A stretch of DNA of 64,000 nt from the NCBI GenBank assembly GCA_000934665.2, contig JYFJ02000695.1:1-64000 (forward strand), written 5' to 3'. Position numbers and translations under genes: made by a program. Below the pieces are notes generated by a model that was not told the origin of the DNA, did not search any database, and saw only the letters and a program-made list of their open reading frames with translations. This document shows, piece after piece, positions 31,462 through 42,413 of the stretch (position 1 is the stretch's first letter; each line of letters opens with the position of its first letter). Source of the stretch: Catajapyx aquilonaris. Lineage: Eukaryota.

Positions 31462-32671
31462 CTTTACTAGGATTAATGTTGACCGACTCTCTTTATCCAA
31501 TACCGTTTCCAATGCGGGCAGCAGGATCTAGGGAGCCACGCTGACACCAAAAATATGCAACGAACCTCAACTGTGGCAGTCAATAAATCATCATCAGGGG
31601 AGAGACCCAAGTGCGGCTTTCAGCCCACGAGACGGACCACCGTCGTTCTCAGGACCCGTTTGTGGGGATACCGGCAAATAGCCACCGGAGATGGCGATGT
31701 CCCCAGGGATGAAAGCAGGTTCTATTCAGCCTGGCCGCCGGATCATTCGTTTATCCGGCCAGCGGGCAGGGCAGGAGGCGGGCAGCGGGCTCCATTCGGG
31801 ACTGTGCCGGTGCCCGGTGGTGCATATCAATCAGTGTGCTTCATTCGCTCTTCCAGTCGGCAACGGGCAGGAAAAGGGCGCTTGGAAAATGTCGGATTAT
31901 AGACACCACCAATAATTTTATGCACAATGGGAAAATTGCAAAAAATAATAATTTTTGTTTGCGAAAATGGACGTACATCAATCCGAATGCGCCCACTGAA
32001 TAATAATTAAGAGTCACTGCGTCAGAGTAGCTGCTATTATGTAACATGCGATTAGCAATCGCTTTCGACATATTGCAGACATTTTGTGGGAAGGAGGAAT
32101 AAAATACGTATCCACGCTATTCACACTACAATGCATACGGCACATTGCAAAATTGGTGAATAGGATTGTTTCAATGGTAACGGCTGTCGCCAGCTCATCA
32201 CGTGTGAACCAAGTCATAGTTTCTGCTACTCTCAAGTAGCGTTTATGGTAGACACGGCATCTGGACAGCGACATCTCGCGCAGCAGATTTGCATTTTGCC
32301 CATGCTGGAGTGGGTTGTATGCAAGTCTCCTTGTCCAGAGTTGCTGACCACTGACGACCTACTAAACAGGGTAAGGCGAACGGGAGGAGGAGTAGCTTTG
32401 CAGGAGATAAGCCAAGGGTTGCCTGCCATTGGCTGCCTTCCTGTTTTCATCATTCCGTACTTATATGCATTACAGTGGTCATTGTACATCTTCAAGGAAA
32501 CCAACCTCTTGGCAGCCTCTTGGAGCGACTCATATTCATCGCGGTGCGGCCCTGATCTAGCCAAGGGATCGAGGTGACCGGGTACTTCCACCCAGCCACA
32601 TTTCTTTGTCTCTTGCCCTGCTCAAGACCTGTTCCGTGGCATTCCTTCCAGAAGCTTACAGCCTCATCACA
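31462..32671. promoter_or_regulatory. Divergent promoter / 5' UTR region shared by METTL3 and LONP2
   Basis: Outward-facing ATGs at 31461 and 32672; probable 5'-UTR intron of LONP2 at 32371-32475 (AGG/GTAAGG...TTACAG). Confidence 0.55.
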
Positions 32672-35600
32672 ATGAGCCCACTGTCCGGGATGAGCATTCC
32701 ACGCAGGCTGCCCCTGCTGGTGCTGGCAGATGGGATCCTCTTGCCGGGGTCCTCCATGCGCATACCCGTCACCACCTCCAAGAAGCAAGTCCAGTTACTT
32801 GACCATGCATTGCTTTGCAGTGATCTCGCTTTCAGCCGTTATAATAACCTCGTAGAATAAGCATTGGTATTAGCACCATGGCGGCATCAACTCCCAGATG
32901 AAGTCAATAACATTTAGGGCCATACACTATTTAGTGAATATTCAGGAATATTGTGTGAGTGTCCAATATGATTCAGTGAGCAGTAAGTGAGTCCATAACT
33001 GGGTGTAGGAATTTTGTCAATTTATCCATGTGGCCTTTAAATGTCAAGTTTATGAGTGGTAACATACTTTCCTAATACCAGACTAACTAGATTTCAAAAC
33101 TTCATTGAATTTCGCTCTCAGAGCTCAGAGGGCAATGTGGTAACCACATAACAAACTACATGTGGCAAAAGGAAAGGAGAAAATCGTTGGACATTTACTT
33201 CCATTATAATTTTGTCTCGTTTTACACCGTTTCATTTTACGCCACATTTTAATGGAACCAATTAACGCTGTAAAATGGGTACTACCGGTACTGAAGGAGT
33301 ATGCACAACACACCATTTCCTTCTGCAATTGTCGTGGTAGACTTTTAGACCCTCGCTGGGGCTGACACGGTGGCCAGTGTTGTATTCTCAGCCCCAACGC
33401 GTATGGGCTGGTTCTATACTGGAATATTTACATCATTACTATGTCATGGTAACGAATGAGCCAACAATATGAAAATCAGAAATACTCGGAATTTTTTGGG
33501 TGCTTTAAGGGGGCGCATGAGTAAAAATACGGTAGGCGCATTTTTGAGGGAATTTTATTTTTTGTGGCGAAACGGACGGTTAATCGGAAAAATCACGCCG
33601 AAGGTGCCCTGCGGAAAGGTTTGGCCTTTACCATGGTACCATACTCGATATGATTGCATTAAAATTGTGGACGGGCGCCGAAGCGTTCCCGAATTTGTCG
33701 CGTTCCTGCCGCCATGTTATTCAAATGGGCTTTTCGGGAAAGCCATTTTCCTTTCACTTCAACTCGATGAAAAGGTAACTTCTAGTGGTAAAAAAATGGT
33801 AAAATGACGCCGAAGGTGCCCTGCGCCAGATCATGTCCTATTTTTTGGTGTAATTTTTGTGTCCATTGCTCAATTTTTGCGGCCGTACAGGCGCCGAAGC
33901 GTAGACATGTCGAATCCCCATATGCTGTCCATGCATACGCGAGTTTGTTTACGTGGTCGCCAAGGGCTCGCATTGTTACCTATTGTTACCGTATTTTTTT
34001 GCTAATGCGTCCCCTTAAGGCCCTTAGTCTGATGACCCGGGGTAAGCTATCCCGCGGGCAATCACCATGGCAACATATGTAAAAGGATAGCAGTAAACAA
34101 CCAGTTACCCCAGGGGGCAAGCTACCCCGGGTCACCAGACTATATACCTAAGACTCAAAAAATTGCGGTTATTGGACTTTTCCTGGGGTCACCGAAAGGT
34201 AAGGCATGGGTGTGAAAAATTTCAGTGCTCTCGGCACTCAGGGAATGGGTTAAATAGGCGTGACGTACAAACAAACAAATATAAGTACAAACTCTTTCCT
34301 TTATAATAATAGGGATTTTCACTACAGTTGCTTGTTACTTGAACTCATCAGTTTTGTCTTCCACAGCATGAACATGGTGAAGAGTCGTCTTCTGAGTCGC
34401 AGTACCCTCACCAGCACTGTCATTGGGGTGGTTCCCAGGTCATCAAATCGGGATCTTGAGGTTTGTATTTACAACTTTGTGTTAACATGACCAGTTCAGA
34501 ACATTGTCATAATTGGATTTTTAGCATAAAGATAGCAGCACCCAAGCCTGTAATGTCTGCCAATCATGTAAGGACAATTCAACAAGTATTGTCTTGTCTT
34601 TTTGTGCAAATTCATTTTCATGGAAATTATGAAACTGTGGTATAAGTGTGAAATACACATCCTCTAGTACTTAACATGTGCATGAGAGAGACTGATACAT
34701 TCACCTCATCAGAAGACAAGGTTCTTAGCATCACTGTTGTAGGAGGATGTTCCTTGCACATGAAGCTACTGCTGCACCATTGTCAGTGAGAACTTAATGG
34801 ACAGGAGAGTTTTGTAGCAACCCAAAGAAGTGGAAGTCATTGGGTGAAAGGTTGGGATTACAGGAAAAACATTGCAAGACCTCTAAGTAAATGTTGCAAG
34901 TTTCCCTGACAACTTATTGGGTGAATGGAGCAATGCAAGATGTTATTGTGAAGACAATTGCCTTTGCCATTCTTCCACCCAGTCTTTGAACAAGGAACGT
35001 TCTCCCCATACTCCTGACCTTAGTTCTTTCCTACAGTCGGTGGGGATGTAGGAATATGCTGTTGTCTGTGATATTTTGCGTGTTTCCGTTTAAATTATTT
35101 ATCGATAGTTCTACTGCATGTAACTCTCTCTTATACTCTCAGGACCTGGATGAGTTCAACTCAATGCATCCAATAGGCACTGCTGCAGTAGTAGTGCAAG
35201 TGACAGGCACAAACTGGCCACGCCCTGCTTACACACTACTGGTGACTGGTCTCTGTCGTTTCAAACTGGAACGTCTTCTGCAGGAGACACCCTATCCTAT
35301 TGGGTATATCACTCAACTAGACAAGTTGGCCATGGATGGAGATGACTTTGGTGAGGCTTCTAGTCCAGAACTGAATGCTCTAATTGACAACTTCAAGGAG
35401 CAAGCAACACGTCTCCTGGACATGCTTGATGTTTCTCCTCCAATGGTGGCCAGGCTCAAGGTAGAGATAGTTCAGAGTAGTGTATGACTCCCTGTATTTA
35501 TACATTATATGGCTTCAAGGCCCTAGAAGGCACACTATTCAAGACACTTTTCTGTAGTCATATTAGGTAACAAAGAGTAAATACACTTCTTCCATCCATG

Positions 35601-38600
35601 CTTCCATCCGTAGCAAAAAAAAAAAAAAGGCAGTATCAGGAAACTGGAGTTTTTAAACTTAACATAGTTTATCTTATTTGCTCTTGCATTCACATCAGCA
35701 TTTATTATTACCTAGCTTGAGTCTTTCAATTAGGCTTTCTTATATGACATGAATTTTTAATACAACAGTATTTGTGCAGTTTTGGTGCCAGCATTTTTGA
35801 AGCTAGAGTAAATGGCTCATAAGTACCACTTTCTGTAGATGACCTTTGTTGAGATCAATGTTTGTTCCTTGAGTAGCACATGCTGGACTCCATCCCAAAC
35901 CACCATCTGGCAGACATTTATGCATCTATAATGAAGGCCTCATATGATGAAAAGCTCCAGATCCTTGATGCAGTGGACTTGACAGAACGTTTTCGTAAGA
36001 CCCTGCCCATCCTTATGCGGCAGATTGAGGGTCTGAAGCTCATTCATACTGCCAAGCAGCAGTCCAATGGTATCAGGAGTCTCCCATTCAGGACAAGGAA
36101 CAGACCACACTTTGAGGGAGGTGGGAGCAGAGAAGATGGGACAAAAGAAGATGTCGATGAGATTGCTTCTCTGGAGGATAAGATCAGGTAAATGTGCTGA
36201 ATTATCCTTTTAGGAAAAGAGACATTTAAAAGTTAGTATTGGGAAAGATGACAAGTAGGAAACAGTGCATCCAGTAGGACTAGGAGTCACAATATATATG
36301 GGATCAAAGTTATCCATGCCTTAATTATGTTATGGCCGTTCCAAAATGATTAACAATTTATTTTTTTGCCAGAAATATAGGGCCCATGCAGGTCGGTAGA
36401 TAGGCATACATTATCGATAGAACCCTCCTGGAGCTGAATGCATAGGAGTAATGGGTGTGCTAACCTCTTCAGGCCCTCCAAGAACCACTTTTTGGAGGTG
36501 CAGCACACCCACTCCAGAACAACTGCTCACAGTCAACACCTGTCAACAATGTCCTGGAAATGGTGTTGGCGAAGGGTTTTTATCATGGATAGGGCTTTGG
36601 TGCTGCCACACCCGCCGTACTCCCCCGGCCTGGCCCCTGTCACTTTCACCTGCTCGGAGACATGAAAAACCATGCCATTTCAAGAACATTGTTGATTGCG
36701 AAGAATTGTCCAGGAGTGGGTGTGCCGCATCGCCAAAGAGTTGTTCCTGGAGGGTCTGGAGAGGTTGCCACACCCATGCCTCCTATGCATTCTGCTCCAG
36801 GAGGGTTCTATCAATAATGTGTGCCAATCTTCCGACCTGCATGAGCCTGTATTTGTGGCAAAAAAATAACTTGTAAATCATTTTGGAACAGCCCTCGTAT
36901 ATTATTTGGATCAGTCCTGTTAATTCTGACAACCTTTCGCATATTGCAGAGAGGCCAACCTCCCGGAGCAGGCCCAGAAGGTGGCCACAAAGGAGCTTGG
37001 CCGCCTGAGAAAAATGAACCCACACATGCCAGAACATGCCAGCACTAGAAACTATCTGGATCTATTAGTTGAACTACCTTGGAGTAAGATATCACCAGAG
37101 ACCATTGATATTCAAAAAGCTAGGAAGGTAAGTATCCATTTTTATACATCTAGTTTTACATACGCCATAACCTGCAGAGTAAGAAGAGGTCCTATGCGTA
37201 GCGTGGCTCTTACAGCTGGTTGTGCAAGATTAATGTTATTGAATACTGAAAAATTGGAGATTGGAAATTCACAGATAAGCTGAATATGTGACATTCTAGT
37301 AGTTGCATTATATTATCATGAACTCAGTTGTTGAATGAACATTGTTCAGGCACTCCTCAGACTCCTTCCAGACACTGTGCACCAGTCACATACAGTATCT
37401 TACTTACCATAGGCTACCCATGCATTTAAAAAGTTACTCATTCAGTATGTCAGGTCTGGTATCCATATATCACACAGATTTACCTTATTTTTACTCAAAG
37501 TGCCTGGATACTTGAGTTCCTGGAAAATTTCTAGATGTCGATGTAGATGAAATGGGGAAACTTGTATTGACTTGTGATGTGTTTTAGGACCTTGATGAGG
37601 ATCATCATGCCATGAACAAGCTAAAACAACGCGTCCTTGAGTACCTGGCTGTCCGCCAGCTCCGAAACACCCTGAAGGGGCCCATCTTGTGCTTTGTAGG
37701 TCCTCCAGGTGTTGGGAAGACTAGTTTGGGGAGGTCAATTGCAAGAACTCTAGGCAGAGAGTTTCACAGGTTGGACAATTGCTATCTTACAATATAACTG
37801 GAGTGTAGAGAAAGATAATTGTAATTTCCATTGCAGAATATCATTGGGGGGTGTTTGTGATCAGTCTGACATCCGAGGCCACCGTCGAACGTACATTGGA
37901 TCCATGCCAGGCCGCATCATTCAGGGGATCAAGACAGTTGGGACTTCCAACCCTGTCTTTCTCCTTGATGAAATTGACAAGATGGTATGGGGATATCAAA
38001 ATATTTGTGAATTAATTTTGCAAGCAAGAATATTGTTGGTTACGGTTACAGCTACAGACACCTGGGCAACACAATGACTGTAGCAGATTAGATTTGTTGC
38101 TCTTGCCCTCTTCTGAATTTTCATAGGTACTAGTCAACAGTTGCCTGAAACTGTTGGCAGTGGGAAGGAGAAACCCACATTGTCATAAAAATATTTCCAC
38201 TCATGAGAATAATGCATCTTTGTATGATGATGATTGACACATTTGACAGTGGGCAAGACGAACTGTACCCAATGCCACACACAGCTGAAATTACTTAAAT
38301 CTGAGTGTAAGTCATGATTGCCATGAGTCAAATAAAGTAAATGCTTCCTGCACTGTTGAATGATTGGGAAATTAGTTACTCACATTAAGTATCTTGTTCA
38401 AGTTGTGCTAAAATTTTGCCAGGTGAGGCTGAGCTAAAGAATGGTGTCTGCACACCTTCCCGCTTCCTTCAGTGATTCCCGTCCACCCAGTATTATATGT
38501 TGCATCTAAGCTTATTCTTGCAAATGTTCTTGTGTAATTTACATTTTATGTGTAAATGTATGACACAATGCATTTTCATGGACTTGACAGAGTAGTTGGA

Positions 38601-41600
38601 ATTAGGAATATTCCTGGACAGTGAAAAAAGAAAGCATCCTAGGGGTATTCAAACTTCTTTTTTCACTGTGCTGGCACACTCAACTACTAACTCCTGGTCG
38701 ATGGAAATTATCAGATTGTAATGTGAATAAGGTGGTCCATGTTACAATATCAGTATCATAACAGTTTGCGCAAGCTATTTTCATCCGAAGACATCTTAGA
38801 TGTACCCTTTCTTACAAATAAGCCAGACGTTGTCCAAAAATTTTGTCTGAGGACAGACACCCAATGAATTTACCGGACTTAGTATTTGGAATATTTCAAC
38901 TTTACCATGTTTTCCATTCTTTCTACAGAGCAAGGGTGTCCATGGAGACCCATCTGCAGCATTGCTGGAGGTCCTTGACCCTGAACAGAACAGCATGTTT
39001 GTGGATCACTACTTGAATATCCCTTTTGACCTCTCCCAGGTCATGTTTATTGCCACTGCAAACACCATCACGACTATTCCTCATGCACTACTCGACAGGA
39101 TGGAGGTCATTCGTGTGCCTGGTTACACTCATGTGAGTTGATATGTGTGCGTTTCTCCACTTAAGTAACTTTTGCTTTAACCACCAAAGTACCCCCCAAA
39201 TGTCTGTAAATGAACTGGAGTCATGTGTCGGACTGCTTTGTAAGGATTGGCATGCACATAATTTGTAATATTCTCATCAATATAATGGAAACTGACATCA
39301 TATTTGGAAGTTACTATGCTATTACACTCTCAAGAACACTAAGCGAAAAGTAATGAGAGTATCATGTAGGCTAACACTGATGCATGACTGCTGCAAGAGG
39401 TTTGGCTAAAAATATGTGGTGCAGGATTTAAAATGAGTTCATATTGGCAGGAAGAAAAACTCTGCATAGCTATGGATCATCTCATTCCAAAGCAGTTCTC
39501 AGAACATGGTCTCTCTGAGGAAGTTGTTCAGATACCTGAAGACAGCGTTAAGATGCTCAGTGAGTTGCTCCACTCTTCAGTCTCGCTGATTACTGCCATT
39601 GTTTGTGTTGCTTATATTTTCTTCTTTGTGGGGTTTAGTTGTTCAGTACACACGTGAAGCTGGAGTGAGAAGCCTGGAGAGGAAGATTGGTGCACTTTGC
39701 CGGGCAGTGGCTGTGAAAGTGGCAGAGAAGACTTCCAAAGACAAAGCCAGAGTAGAAAGTCAGTACTTCAACATTTTTATACCATTTAATGCTGGAAAAC
39801 TGATCCAATATTTTGAAGGCAACGTTTTTTTTATATGTATTTTTGTATGTATTTTAGGTGTCTTATGCAACTTACAGAGTGATGCAGAAAAATTATTTTC
39901 ACTACTAACTTACTGATTCCACCCATGAGAAACTTCCCAATGGATATTCGAATAGATTCAATATTTTTCTAGGTAAGGCTGAGGATGTGAAACGTGCTAA
40001 TGACAGCAACTCAGAAGTAGCTCAGCTTACACTGGAACCTCCTGAAATTCCTGTTGTTCTAGATGAGGCTGCTGTAGAAGACATTCTTGGGGTTAGTTAA
40101 ACTAATTGAATTTGTGTTAGTGAACTAGTGATGCATGTACAGGAAAGAAAATGTAAAATCGAGTTGTTTTTATTTCCATATTCTGGATATAGAATATGAG
40201 CTTCATCAAATGGTGCAGATGATGTGCTCAGGTGTTTGAATTTAGAGGAGGAAGAAACTCATTCCATGTTACAGAATTGCTAATTGTAAGCTACATGCTG
40301 TTCTGGATCTTCTCAAAATAACTAATTGCCTCCATTGAATTATTTCCAATTAATGAAACATCATCTAAAATCTAAATAGACAAGGATGCCTACACATGAT
40401 GCTAAACTTATTTTCTGAGTGCTTTGTAACAATAAGAAATAGTGTGAAATGAGATGTAAATTGCAAGATCAGACCAAATTCACATAAAGCTTTTTTTTTT
40501 TTTTTTTTGCAAATTGTTTATTTTTTAAGAATTTTCTGCTACATGAAATATATGAAAAAAATCTGATCAATGTCATATTTTGGAGTGCTGTAATTTTAGG
40601 GCATTGCAATCATGAAGAGTCAAAATTTTGTCACATGCCTGTATAATATTTGTAACGTAATGTTTATTCAGATTCGATCGTCTCTTTTTTTTAGCCACCA
40701 ATGTACCTAAACGAGATAGCTGGTCGGCTTGGGCTGCCAGGTGTGGCTGTGGGTCTGGCTTGGACTGAATTTGGAGGTGAAATCCTCTTTGTGGAATCCT
40801 CCAAGATGGAAGGGGATGGTCAGCTGATACTCACAGGGAAGCTCGGAGGGGTCATGAAAGAATCAGCCACACTTGCTCTCAACTGGGTTAGGAGTCACAT
40901 CAGAGAGGTGAGTTGATAGCTGAAATTCTCAATCTCATGAAAATATGTATGAATTTTAATTGAGTAACCTTAAATAATAGCAATATTTGATATTTTTCAA
41001 CCACATTGCAGAATGACAGTAGTGTTTCTGCACGTTGAACTCATTTTCTAAAATCAGGAGTACCTACCTCCTAAGAAGTTTCCAGGGGCCCACTGCTGGA
41101 AAGAGCACATGCGCTGAATGATGTAATACACTATAGGAGAGGAGCATGTGTTTTTAAGTATTCATAAGCATGGTATCACTAGGATGTGTCAGGCAGCATT
41201 ACAGCAAATTGTGTGCCAATAAAAGGGATTCTACAACAAGATAAGATTGAAAACTGCTGAAAGCACTTCCTGATGTAATACATATACCTATTATTGTGTA
41301 AGGTAACGTTCTACCCGAGAAGCTAATGACTTGTACAGTACAATGTAGTATGCACTGAAGGGAAATCAGGTAGCATTTTTTCTGGGACAATATCGTAGAA
41401 ATACATCATTGTCTTTTATGCTATTGATAATCCCTACATATGGCAAGCATAGATATTAAAGGAGGGCCCTCCTGTAATATCTATGATGGCAAGATAAATG
41501 TATGGAATGCACTTATAAAATTAACAATTACACAAAAATAATAGGCCTTCCACTGTGAGGGTATGACGTGTTAAAGACATTATTTAGGGTAAAGTAAGAA

Positions 41601-42413
41601 TATTTAATTGACTTATAAACCATCTCTTCCTATGTTGCAGTATGATATCCCCTTTGTGGGCAGTGATGTAATGGAGAATACTGATGTCCACCTTCACTTC
41701 CCTGCTGGTGCTGTTGGTAAAGATGGACCTTCTGCTGGGGTGACCATGGTTACTGTCCTGGTCTCTCTTTTCTCTGGGAAGTGTGTCTCTCCTGATGTGG
41801 CTATGACAGGGGAGATCACCCTCACTGGCAGGGTGCTGGCAGTTGGTGGAATCAAAGAGAAAGTACTGGCTGCACATAGAGCAAAGATCAAGAGGATCAT
41901 CTTGCCAGCAATGTGCAAGAAGGACATCATTGATGTTCCACCAAATGTGCAGGTGAGATTTAACGATCCTGTGATAATCCAGTTTTTTAACGTTCTTGTT
42001 CTGGGATTAGGGGGGAAAAAAGATCACTTGGGATATGGTATGTTTTAGATGGAGGCCAGATGAATTATAATGAGGTTTCTTCAAATGAAACTTTGTCACA
42101 CAGATATTATTGGTGCTTTAGATTTTCATTTTGACTCATGAATGATTCCTAAGTCAGCAAAAATGCACATATGCAGCCACAAGAATGCTCATTTCATAAT
42201 ATATTATTGCATTTGCTCTTTATTTGCTCATTTCAGAGAGTCTGCACTTTGAGCTTTAATAGTGTAGTAGTCGTTTTATGCAACTGAACTGCTTTTCAGG
42301 CGGAGCTGGACTTTGTGTTTGTGCACAAAATAGATGACGTCTTGCAAGCAGCATTTGAAGGTGGGATCAACAAGACCTTGGTTAAGTTAGGTGACCTGCC
42401 CAGCAAGCTGTGA
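32672..42413 (+). CDS. LONP2: Peroxisomal Lon protease homolog 2, 14 coding exons, C-terminal PTS1 (SKL)
   Basis: Exons 32672-32784 (IPRRLPLL...[10 protein letters not shown] donor), 34367-34460, 35143-35460, 35877-36187, 36950-37127, 37588-37769 (Walker A GPPGVGKT), 37837-37984 ([13 protein letters not shown], Walker B FLLDEIDK), 38929-39132, 39451-39559, 39639-39758, 39973-40091, 40695-40907, 41641-41952 (KDGPSAG Ser and VGGIKEK Lys dyad), 42300-42413 (...GDLPSKL TGA). AATAAA near 42509. Confidence 0.95.
33509..34014. mobile_element. Non-autonomous TTAA-targeting DNA transposon with GG termini (Kolobok-type) in LONP2 intron 1
   Basis: TTAA at 33505-33508 and 34015-34018; imperfect TIRs GGGGGCGCATGAGTAAAAATACGGTA / TACCGTATTTTTTTGCTAATGCGTCCCC; internal direct repeats ACGCCGAAGGTGCCCTGCG (~33595, ~33808). 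Purine termini fit Kolobok rather than piggyBac (CCC). Confidence 0.75.
34025..34142. mobile_element. Small MITE-like inverted-repeat element
   Basis: TAGTCTGATGACCCGGGGTAAGCT ... AGCTACCCCGGGTCACCAGACTA inverted ends around a short spacer; TSD ambiguous (possibly TA). Confidence 0.6.
34821..34960 (-). mobile_element. Highly decayed mariner transposase fragment in LONP2 intron 2
   Basis: Minus strand 34864-34821 reads [14 protein letters not shown], a degenerate YSPDLAPSDFHLFG motif; an LHNN-like remnant lies upstream near 34950. No TIRs recognised. Confidence 0.45.
36331..36899 (+). mobile_element. Internally deleted mariner derivative with ~120-bp inverted ends in LONP2 intron 4
   Basis: Right end ...ATCATTTTGGAACAGCCCTCGTA mirrors left ...GCCGTTCCAAAATGAT; the inverted match extends to CTCCTGGAGCTGAATGCATAGGAG; the interior encodes [13 protein letters not shown] (mariner YSPDLAP motif) with frameshifts. 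Confidence 0.8.

Noticed and set aside
31690..31800. RNase MRP, SRP or telomerase RNA assignment for the GC-rich island
   Set aside because: CR-I/CR-V spacing too short and P4 pairing weak for MRP; no Alu domain for SRP; no TTAGG template. Kept only as an unassigned candidate.
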